Shown here piece by piece: positions 17,793 through 24,798 of a stretch of 32,000 nt of DNA (the stretch's first letter is position 1; each line of letters opens with the position of its first letter). The stretch covers positions 480,001 through 512,000 of the forward strand of contig CAVRAI010000004.1 in NCBI GenBank assembly GCA_963718915.1, written 5' to 3'. The notes below the pieces were generated by a model. The model worked only from the letters and a program-made list of their open reading frames with translations. It was not told where the DNA came from and ran no database searches. The translations under genes were made by a program, and so were the position numbers. This stretch comes from an uncultured Chloroflexia bacterium. Lineage in GTDB: Bacteria; Chloroflexota; Ktedonobacteria; Ktedonobacterales; JADMIN01.

Positions 17793-18305
17793 ATGAGACT
17801 GCTGATTCTTGGCTGTGGTCGCGTGGGGGCGACTCTGGCCAATATCATGATCAAAGATGGTCATGAGGTCACTGTCATTGACCTCAATAGCGAAGCCTTT
17901 GAACGCCTGGGATCGAACTTTGGTGGCGTAACAATCGTCGGAGACGGCACAGACGAAGATGTGTTGATGCGCGCGGGCATCGAAGATGCGCAGGCATTCG
18001 CGGCTGTGACAAATGGCGACAATCGCAATATCCTGGCTGCCCAGATTGCTAAACATATCTTTGGCATTCAAAAGGTGATCTGCCGCATTTATGACCCAAT
18101 CCGGCAAGAAACGTACAATGCGCTTGGCCTGGAGAGTATCTCTCCTACAGTTGTTGGCGCGAAGCTCATCAAGACAGCGCTCATCAATGATGCGCCCCGC
18201 ACCAAATCGGCTGTGCAATCCATTGCCGAAGGTCGGCCCGTTCCATCCGCCACCGAGCCTGAGAAACCGCTGACCACGCCAGCGGCCACTGGGGAGAAAC
18301 ACTAG
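17793..18305 (+). CDS. TrkA-N (RCK N-terminal, NAD-binding) domain protein, K+-uptake regulatory subunit
   Basis: MRLLILGCGRVGATLA...GHEVTVID...GDGTDEDVL..AGIEDA.AF.AVT. Start set at the ATG at 17793, preceded by GGAGAAGAAGGGA; the ORF-track start at 17601 adds 64 unlikely residues. There is no TrkA-C domain; the tail is Pro/Thr-rich. Confidence 0.85.
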   Translation: MRLLILGCGRVGATLANIMIKDGHEVTVIDLNSEAFERLGSNFGGVTIVGDGTDEDVLMRAGIEDAQAFAAVTNGDNRNILAAQIAKHIFGIQKVICRIYDPIRQETYNALGLESISPTVVGAKLIKTALINDAPRTKSAVQSIAEGRPVPSATEPEKPLTTPAATGEKH

Positions 18306-18309
18306 ACCT

Positions 18310-18984
18310 ATGTATATCGTTATCGGCGGTGGCGGACAGGTGGGTTATTATCTGGCGAAAGGTCTCATCGAGCAGGGCCATGAGGTGGTGCTGCTCGAGA
18401 AAGATAGCAAACGTGTCGAGCGCCTGTCTGAAGAGTTGAGCAACTCCATCATACGGGGCGACGCATGTGAGGCGCGCACACTGGCCGAGGTCGGCACGTC
18501 GCGCGCGAATCTGGTTATCGCGGTGACAGGCGATGACGAGGATAATCTGGTCATTTGCCAGGTGGCCAAGGCGCGCTTCCACGTCGCCACCACCATCGCG
18601 CGCGTGAACAATCCTCGCAACGAAGGGCTTTTCCGCAAGCTTGGCATTGATGTCATCGTCAGTCCAACCCAGTCGATCCTGCATATGATCGAGGCGCAAT
18701 TACCGCATCATACGCTGGTGCCGCTCATGACGCTGACGAAGGCTGGCCTGGGACTGGTAGAGCTGACGGTGCCACCGACATCACCCGCCGCGGGCAAGAC
18801 GGTGCGGTCGATGACCCTCCCCAATTCGGTCAATCTGGCGCTGATCGTGCGTGGCGACACCAATCTGACCCCTACGGGCGACACCGTGATTCTGCCAGAA
18901 GACCACATTTTCGCGCTGGTCACGGCGGAAGGCGAGTTGTCGCTTCGAGAGAGGCTGTTGAATGAGGGTGGTGCGCGTCTGTAA
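18310..18984 (+). CDS. trkA: TrkA-family K+-uptake regulatory protein (TrkA-N + TrkA-C)
   Basis: MYIVIGGGGQVGYYLAK.L...GHEVVLLEKD, GDACE...L.EVG, and a C-terminal TrkA-C-like segment (LVELTVPPTSPAAGKTVRSMTLP). It starts 4 nt after the previous gene. Confidence 0.9.
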   Translation: MYIVIGGGGQVGYYLAKGLIEQGHEVVLLEKDSKRVERLSEELSNSIIRGDACEARTLAEVGTSRANLVIAVTGDDEDNLVICQVAKARFHVATTIARVNNPRNEGLFRKLGIDVIVSPTQSILHMIEAQLPHHTLVPLMTLTKAGLGLVELTVPPTSPAAGKTVRSMTLPNSVNLALIVRGDTNLTPTGDTVILPEDHIFALVTAEGELSLRERLLNEGGARL

Positions 18985-19021
18985 AAGAGACGAACTCCCT
19001 GCCGGTTGATATCCTCTTGAT

Positions 19022-19054
19022 ATCCTCCCCATTCGTTCTGAGATTGGGGAGGAT
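19022..19054. terminator. Hairpin between convergent trkA and purB ends
   Basis: ATCCTCCCCA/TGGGGAGGAT form a perfect 10-bp stem with a 13-nt loop, followed on the + strand by GGTTGTTTCC (weak U-tract). Confidence 0.4.
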
Positions 19055-19078
19055 GGTTGTTTCCACCCGCTCTTCCTT

Positions 19079-20380
19079 TTAGAGCAGGTGAAGACGCTCG
19101 AAGGCAGTGTCGATGTTGACGAGATATGCCTTTGGGTCGGCAATTTCGTCAAGTTCGTCTGCTGTTATGTGGGCCATGACCTCGGAGTCGGCTTTGAGCA
19201 TCGCAAGCAGCCCCTGCCCCTGGTCTTCATTGCGCCAGACCTTCTGCGCATTGCGCTGCACCAGCTTATAGGCCTCCTGGCGATCCATCCCCTTATCCAC
19301 CAGCGCCAGCAGGATACGCGAGGAATAGATAAGCCCGCGTGTCATCTCCAGGTTGGCGCTCATGCGCTCCTCATCCACCTCCAGCCCCTGCATGACCGAG
19401 TTGAAGAGCCAGAGCATGTAGTGAAGTAATCCTGTGCTGTCTGGCAGAATTATCCGTTCGGCGGAGGAGTGGCTGATATCGCGCTCGTGCCAGAGAGCGA
19501 CGTTTTCCATCGCGGTGATGGCGTGCCCGCGCAGTACCCGCGCCAGCCCACAGATGCGCTCGCACTTCTCCGGGTTGCGCTTGTGCGGCATGGCGGATGA
19601 ACCCTGCTGCTGCGCGCCAAATGGCTCGAACGCCTCGCCCAGCTCGGTGCGCTGTAGATGACGAATCTCCTGCGCCATCTTCTCCAGTGAGGAGCCGATA
19701 AGCGCCAGCACGCTGACGAATTCGGCATGGCGGTCGCGCTGGACGATCTGCGTTGAGACCGGCGCGGGCTGGAGTCCCAGTTCGGCGCAGACATATTCTT
19801 CGATGCTCGGCGGTACGGTGGCATGGGTGCCGACGGCGCCCGAAATCGCGCCGACGGCGATAGTATCGATGGCGTGATCCAGCCGTGCTCGGCAGCGGCG
19901 CAACTCGTCAACCCACATCGCCAGTTTGAAGCCGAAGGTCGTTGGCTCGGCGTGGATGCCATGGGTCCGACCGACCATGAGGGTGGTGCGGTAGCGAAGC
20001 GCGGCGTGCGTAGTGGTTTCGCTCAGCGCGTCGAGTTGCTCACGCAGGAGCGCGCCAGCCTGAACCAGTTGTACCGCCAGGGAAGTGTCGAGCATATCGG
20101 ATGATGTGAGTCCGAGGTGTAACAAGCGCCCTTCTGGCCCCAGGCGCTCCTGGACGGACCTCAGAAACGAGATCACATCGTGGTGAATCTCTTCTTCAAG
20201 CTCGCGGGCGCGCGCCAGATCATAGGTAGCCTCGCGCAGCTTCGCCATATCTTCAGCGGAGATGACGCCCTCACGCGCCCATCCCTCGCAGACCAGCAAT
20301 TCGACCCGCAGCCATGTATCGAGCTTATTTTCATCCGACCAGACCCGCGCCATCTCAGGCCGGGTGTAGCGTTCAATCAT
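19079..20380 (-). CDS. purB: Adenylosuccinate lyase
   Basis: MIERYTRPEM..VWSDENK, and the fumarate-lyase signature GSSAMPHKRNP. Full length (433 aa), with a strong SD GAAGGAGAAGG. Confidence 0.95.
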   Translation of the reverse strand: MIERYTRPEMARVWSDENKLDTWLRVELLVCEGWAREGVISAEDMAKLREATYDLARARELEEEIHHDVISFLRSVQERLGPEGRLLHLGLTSSDMLDTSLAVQLVQAGALLREQLDALSETTTHAALRYRTTLMVGRTHGIHAEPTTFGFKLAMWVDELRRCRARLDHAIDTIAVGAISGAVGTHATVPPSIEEYVCAELGLQPAPVSTQIVQRDRHAEFVSVLALIGSSLEKMAQEIRHLQRTELGEAFEPFGAQQQGSSAMPHKRNPEKCERICGLARVLRGHAITAMENVALWHERDISHSSAERIILPDSTGLLHYMLWLFNSVMQGLEVDEERMSANLEMTRGLIYSSRILLALVDKGMDRQEAYKLVQRNAQKVWRNEDQGQGLLAMLKADSEVMAHITADELDEIADPKAYLVNIDTAFERLHLL

Positions 20381-20528
20381 GCCTTCTCCTTCGCGGACGC
20401 GCCGTCTCGCTGTAGCATCTATGCGGTGCGGTCGGCGTGTGGGTGGCGCCGCTCGCGTGGTTTCTCACTCTTTATCGTACCGCATTGTGCCGCGTTCCTG
20501 CTGTTAGAGAAGGTAGCGGGTGAAGATG

Positions 20529-20924
20529 TTAGCTGAGGTCATAGTCCAGAGTGAGCGTGTGGCCACCGTCGGCGTCGATAGTGATATTGCCCCGACCACC
20601 GATTCCCTGTAGTTCGCCCGTGCCTGAGTCGCGCATAATGGTCAGGCTCAACGATTGCCCATCGCTCGACATGCTGGCGTCGTGAACCAGCACGAAACTT
20701 CCCGACCTGTCGTGAAGACGGCCCACAATACGTTCGAGTCCGACATAGACGGCGGAACCGCCCGGCGCGCCAGCCATCAGCAGTACTGCCGTACTCTGGC
20801 CCTCCAGATCACCCTGAAAAGTCTTGGCTAAGTGCGTGCGGGTCAGCTTGACCCCATCAAGATCGTCGTATTCCTCTGGTTCCCAGGAAGTGATCGCAAA
20901 TGTGCAGGTCGCGTGGGTCGTCAT
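20529..20924 (-). CDS. DUF3224-family protein
   Basis: About 130 aa. The pattern ...SWEPEEYDDLDG.KLTR....TF.GDLEG......LM......SA.YVGLERIVGRL..RSGSFVL.H........TI...SGTGEL.G..G...I....GGHT.TLDYDL matches my memory of DUF3224 proteins. Confidence 0.8.
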   Translation of the reverse strand: MTTHATCTFAITSWEPEEYDDLDGVKLTRTHLAKTFQGDLEGQSTAVLLMAGAPGGSAVYVGLERIVGRLHDRSGSFVLVHDASMSSDGQSLSLTIMRDSGTGELQGIGGRGNITIDADGGHTLTLDYDLS

Positions 20925-20979
20925 GTGGGTGCTTCCCTCACTCTTGTAGCTTGCTAGAAGGTTATTGCTATGGTCAGGT

Positions 20980-21585
20980 TCAGGCTGATTTAGCCAGCCG
21001 CCGACGCGGAGTGACAGACTTCGACGGAGCGCGTGTGGATTTGTCGACGGCAGCCGCTTTCGCCACCGCCGACCTGCGCGTTGCCTTCGGCTTCACCGGA
21101 GACGCAGGAGACGCAGGAGACGCAGGCGTGATTGTAACATGCGTCGGCTTCTTCGCCACAGACTTGGTAGCTCGCGTGGGCTTATGCGCTCCCGGCCTGG
21201 CACGTTGTGCAGACCTCTCCGTCGCTCTCTCCGCCGCCTTCGTGATCCTTTCGACGGTTGGGTTTGCACGCCGTCCGGCCTTAACGGCCTTGGCAGACTT
21301 GGCAGACTTGACGTCGGGTGATTTTGCCGGTCTGATTGTTTTCGTTGCCGACTTTGTCGCGATCTGCGCTGTTCTGGTAGCGGTTGACCTGGTTGGTGCG
21401 GCAATTTGGGTAGCGCTGGTCGTTTTGGTAGTTTTGGCTAATTTTCCTGCCGTGGCCCGAACTGGCTTTGCGATCCGCGCGCCCTTCTCGACTTTCTCGA
21501 CGGTAGGTGTAGCTGGCTTTGCCGACACTTTGGCGCGCTTTGCCGTGGCAGGCGCGGTGTCCCATAGTGTCGCCTGCTTGGCCAC
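20980..21585 (-). CDS. Lys/Ala/Thr/Pro-rich (histone-H1-like) low-complexity ORF; probably the displaced C-terminal part of the upstream gene
   Basis: Starts at a GTG. Its composition matches the tail of ORF 21281..22198 before position ~21590. It overlaps that ORF by 305 nt in another frame. See the frameshift finding. Confidence 0.5.
   Translation of the reverse strand: MAKQATLWDTAPATAKRAKVSAKPATPTVEKVEKGARIAKPVRATAGKLAKTTKTTSATQIAAPTRSTATRTAQIATKSATKTIRPAKSPDVKSAKSAKAVKAGRRANPTVERITKAAERATERSAQRARPGAHKPTRATKSVAKKPTHVTITPASPASPASPVKPKATRRSAVAKAAAVDKSTRAPSKSVTPRRRLAKSA
21098..21126. repeat. 3 x 9-bp perfect tandem repeat (GGAGACGCA)
   Basis: Read directly. It encodes (PAS)x3 in the minus-strand low-complexity ORF. 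A second small one, GGCAGACTT x2, lies near 21293-21310. Confidence 0.9.
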
Positions 21586-22198
21586 GACTGCGTTGCGTCT
21601 GCGTTGGCGTCGCCGACCGCTTTACCGTGGACTTGACTGAAAGGGCAGAAATCGCGGGTTCGGCAGATTTCTCCGCCGCCGCTGTCTTAGCAACCCTGGC
21701 GACTTTGGGCTTGGGGACAGTGGCATCCGTGTCCTTCGCGACCCTAGCCTTCACAGACAGAGTGGCTTTTGGCGTCGTAGTGGCTGTCATTGCAGGGTTT
21801 GGCGGCGGACTGGCGGGCGCTGCTGCTTTCGGCGTCGCCTTCGCCGGTCGAGGCTGTCTAATCCCCCGAGAGCGCCGTGGCGTCTCATCATCCTTTGCGA
21901 GGAGCGGGTTGGGTATGACGATATCTTCTTCACCCATGCCCAGGAGAAAGGTATTTGGATGCAGGCGCTCGTCGGGTTCGAGCCGCAATTTACGAGGCAG
22001 CTCGATGACTGGCGTACGCGTGCGCCTCCGATGGCTTGCGGAAGCCTCGGTGAGCGCCTTCAGTTGTTGCGGAGGCAGTTGGCATACCGTCGGCGCGAAG
22101 CCTAGCCGATCTCGGTACCGCTCGGTTGCCTCGATGATCTTCGCAGCCAGCGGACGTCTGGCGTCGTCGTCGTACCAGAGCAATCCTGCCATGACCAT
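21281..22198 (-). CDS. Hypothetical protein: conserved-looking ~100-aa N-terminal domain plus AKPT-rich basic tail (the reading frame probably breaks near 21590)
   Basis: SD GAGAGGA lies 8 nt upstream of the ATG at 22198. The N-terminus MVMAGLLWYDDDARRPLAAKIIEATERYRDRLGFAPTVCQL... looks globular, followed by PKAAAPASPP...KPKVARVAKTAAAEK. After ~21590 the translation turns into atypical Cys/His/Tyr/Asn-rich sequence. Confidence 0.6.
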   Translation of the reverse strand: MVMAGLLWYDDDARRPLAAKIIEATERYRDRLGFAPTVCQLPPQQLKALTEASASHRRRTRTPVIELPRKLRLEPDERLHPNTFLLGMGEEDIVIPNPLLAKDDETPRRSRGIRQPRPAKATPKAAAPASPPPNPAMTATTTPKATLSVKARVAKDTDATVPKPKVARVAKTAAAEKSAEPAISALSVKSTVKRSATPTQTQRSRGQAGDTMGHRACHGKARQSVGKASYTYRRESREGRADRKASSGHGRKISQNYQNDQRYPNCRTNQVNRYQNSADRDKVGNENNQTGKITRRQVCQVCQGR

Positions 22199-22695
22199 AG
22201 GAATGATCCTCTCGTGCGTACATTTGTTCTAGTTCAGTATATGGCGTAGGCTAGCGCCTGTCAATCGCTGAAATGCCAAATCTGGCGGTGATGATTACCC
22301 TTCAGGTGCGCTGTCCGAAGCCCAAACGCTGCGGCTAATATGGCGGGAAATTTGCCGGGATTCAAGCCATGAATCGCTCACTGACCTCCACCATCTGGTG
22401 GATTATTGTGTAACTTGCATGTATTCATTCTCCGCAGAGCATGTTAATTCGGTATGCAGAACGTCAAAAGTCGTTGCTGCGAGTCAGTATTGATTACCTG
22501 ATATAGTTATAAGTCTCACTATTTGCTTGTATTGGAAATTAGCTGCAAATAACTCTTTACAAGCAGCATATTCTCTCTTTCAGGGCTGAGGGATTAGCCG
22601 CTGAAGACTTCGCAATATTATGCGCTTTGCTATCGTGGCTTCGTGGGCCTGAGCCGTATTCTCCCTTTCCTCTGGTGGAGTTAATGAGCGAATCT

Positions 22696-23187
22696 CTAGT
22701 TCTCCCTTTCATTGTAGGGTGATGGCGTTCGATATGCGAGCAGTGTAGCCGCGAGTGCGAGAACTAGCACAGGCAAGAATATGCCATTATCATGCACCAC
22801 GTAATACAGGCGGAGCAACCCATCTGTTGGATAGGATAATGGATAGATAATCCAAAGTAGCAGCAATGTGGTGAGTCCAAGGAGCACCTTACGCCAAACG
22901 TTTCGGCGGGAATAGAGGTGCGCCATCACACTCAGGGCAAAGCCGCAGATAGTGAGCGCAAGCAATATGTATACAACGAGATAACCTACCGTCAGCTCGA
23001 GCTGGAGAGTGGAAACATACTGGATAGTATGGACACCGTTGGCGCCAGATGTCCCAACTCTCCATCGCGGCGCGAAGAGTGTGAAAGCCAGTGCAGCAAG
23101 ACCAACAAGACTCGCTCCAAGGCCACTCAAGAGTTCGGCCTTGTTCCTAAGGCGCCAGATCGCTACTCGATGCATGTCTCTCGCCAT
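22696..23187 (-). CDS. Hypothetical 4-TM membrane protein (orphan, low-GC region)
   Basis: 163 aa with four clear hydrophobic helices. No family recognised. It lies downstream of, and on the same strand as, the secreted-protein gene. Confidence 0.65.
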   Translation of the reverse strand: MARDMHRVAIWRLRNKAELLSGLGASLVGLAALAFTLFAPRWRVGTSGANGVHTIQYVSTLQLELTVGYLVVYILLALTICGFALSVMAHLYSRRNVWRKVLLGLTTLLLLWIIYPLSYPTDGLLRLYYVVHDNGIFLPVLVLALAATLLAYRTPSPYNEREN

Positions 23188-23373
23188 CCTTTCAGATGTC
23201 CAAATCAGATCTGTTGTACGTGTTTGAGGTCACTCAACATCTACTCAGCCCGGCAGTTGAATTGCTTGAACTGGCACGCAGCCGAATGAATGGAAGTGCT
23301 TCTGGGTTTCCTTCATACGACTGCGTACCACAACTGAATATCAGATTCTACTCTCGTAGATGCCGTAAGTTTG

Positions 23374-24177
23374 TCAGTTTAGTGGCCCAATGGACCAACT
23401 GTCATCAGAATAACCCCATGGACATCCCGAGTTACCTGGCTTATCATCGACGGTCCACTGAAAATTGTGCCCTGGTGGGTCACTAAACCAGTTGGTGAAT
23501 GTCTCCAGCGTATAGAACGGCAGCAGGCGGCATTGCAACTGATCGTGATGACTGAGATAGTCATTATAGAGCCAACCAGGGGGATGGATTGACCCCTCGT
23601 TCTCCATACCTGTCTGGCCAAAGTTCAGCCAGTCCTGGCAGTCGATAGGTGGGCCACTATCTCTTCCATAGTTGACGAAGGAGTACATCAGGATCGTGCC
23701 TGGTGGATCTGGTAAGTCGGCATTCCAGTACATTTCTGCTTTTATGTACTGGCCACAACCAGTTCGACACACTGCTCCACACTGGACAAGTGGCGTGCTT
23801 GTGGCGTGGAAAGCTGTGGCGCGTGTCTTGGCGATGAGGGTCTGTACTGACGCCTGAGATGCAGGAATCATCAGGTATGCAAGGTGCCTCGCTCGCGCAT
23901 GGGAAAGTGGCATCTCCCTTGTGAGAATCACAGCCCCTGGCCCGCAGGCATGTTGATATTTCACATGCTGGGTTGACTTTCCGGGATTGACTGTCAATTT
24001 GATCGTGCAACTTGATCCAGGCACGGATGACAGGTCATAAACTGCGACTACTTGGGGATCAGCCTGTGCATGTGCGTCTGCGACCACTGAGAGTTCAGGT
24101 AATAGCAGGGTTGCACAGACCATCATCCCGAGTGTGACCACGAGCACGCTCACTAGATGTCCTGGTTTCCGTAGCAT
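23374..24177 (-). CDS. Hypothetical secreted Cys-rich protein (orphan, low-GC region)
   Basis: N-terminal signal-peptide-like MLRKPGHLVSVLVVTLGMMVCATLLLP...ADAHA. About 10 Cys and Trp/Tyr/Asp-rich. SD AAGGAA lies 5 nt upstream of the ATG. No family recognised. Confidence 0.7.
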   Translation of the reverse strand: MLRKPGHLVSVLVVTLGMMVCATLLLPELSVVADAHAQADPQVVAVYDLSSVPGSSCTIKLTVNPGKSTQHVKYQHACGPGAVILTREMPLSHARARHLAYLMIPASQASVQTLIAKTRATAFHATSTPLVQCGAVCRTGCGQYIKAEMYWNADLPDPPGTILMYSFVNYGRDSGPPIDCQDWLNFGQTGMENEGSIHPPGWLYNDYLSHHDQLQCRLLPFYTLETFTNWFSDPPGHNFQWTVDDKPGNSGCPWGYSDDSWSIGPLN

Positions 24178-24188
24178 AGTTGTTCCTT

Positions 24189-24214
24189 ACTTCACCTCTT
24201 GACTTCACCTCTTG
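24189..24214. repeat. 2 x 13-bp perfect tandem duplication containing an SD-like motif
   Basis: ACTTCACCTCTTG x2 on the + strand, i.e. CAAGAGGTGAAGT x2 on the coding (minus) strand. It ends 11 nt upstream of the 24177 start codon. Confidence 0.9.
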
Positions 24215-24333
24215 ACGGAAATGAAAATCTTTGCCCGAGGTATTTCCCCATCGCATTTTGAGGAAGGGTTTCCTATGCGCAGTTCTGACTCCACAGAACA
24301 TTACGAGTAAGCTTACTGCGATGCCACGATGCA

Positions 24334-24554
24334 TCGACGAGGAAGGGATTGCGACGAGGAAGGGATTGCGACGAGGAAGGGATTGCGACGAGGAAGGGAT
24401 TGCGACGAGGAAGGGATTGCGACGAGGAAGGGATTGCGACGAGGAAGGGATTGCGACGAGGAAGGGATTGCGACGAGGAAGGGATTGCGACGAGGAAGGG
24501 ATTGCGACGAGGAAGGGATTGCGACGAGGAAGGGATTGCGACGAGGAAGGGATT
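24334..24554. repeat. 13 head-to-tail copies of a 17-bp unit (GCGACGAGGAAGGGATT), 221 bp
   Basis: Counted directly. Units start at 24334, 24351, ... 24538. All are identical except the first base of copy 1 (T for G). There are no spacers. The unit has no stop codon in any of the six frames. Confidence 0.98.
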
Positions 24555-24628
24555 CGGTACTCAACTCCCCTCCTAAGCAGAGCAAGTGACCGCATTAGGT
24601 AAAAGACAACATCCTCAAAATCGACTTC

Positions 24629-24657
24629 AGCATACACAATATTTCATAGCATGTCAA
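24629..24657 (-). promoter_or_regulatory. Sigma70-type promoter reading into the 17-bp array and the orphan genes
   Basis: Minus strand: TTGACA (24657-24652), 17 nt, TATGCT (24634-24629). It lies downstream of the greA terminator and upstream of the array. Confidence 0.5.
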
Positions 24658-24740
24658 GGACATACATAAAGTGATGTAAACAAAGCGAATATCTTGACAT
24701 TGTGATAACTGCTAGCGCTACGATAGGAGGATATCGCGTC

Positions 24741-24769
24741 AAAAAGCTGGCCGGAATGCTCCAGCCAGC
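24741..24769 (-). terminator. Intrinsic terminator of greA
   Basis: Minus strand: GCTGGCTGG/CCGGCCAGC (9 bp, one G-U, 6-nt loop) followed by TTTTT, 30 nt after the greA stop. Confidence 0.75.
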
Positions 24770-24798
24770 GTCATGAATCGGCACTCGATACACGTGCG

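Noticed and set aside
24334-24554. Could the regular repeat array be a CRISPR array?
   Set aside because: The units are directly abutting, with 17-bp repeats and no spacers. A CRISPR array needs 24-48-bp repeats separated by unique spacers. No cas genes are in the window.
24095-24637. ORF-track proteins with 17-aa periodic sequence on both strands (e.g. 24095..24637-, 24231..24602+, 24329..24589+)
   Set aside because: They arise because the 17-bp unit lacks stop codons in all six frames. A DNA period of 17 (not 51) with perfect nucleotide identity argues against protein-level selection. One of them also overlaps the real start at 24177. Only the SD+TTG-initiated minus-strand frame is kept, as a hypothesis in the findings.
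22230-24740. Calling the low-GC patch a mobile element or genomic island
   Set aside because: No integrase, transposase, tRNA target or terminal direct or inverted repeats could be identified by eye. It is reported only as compositionally atypical.
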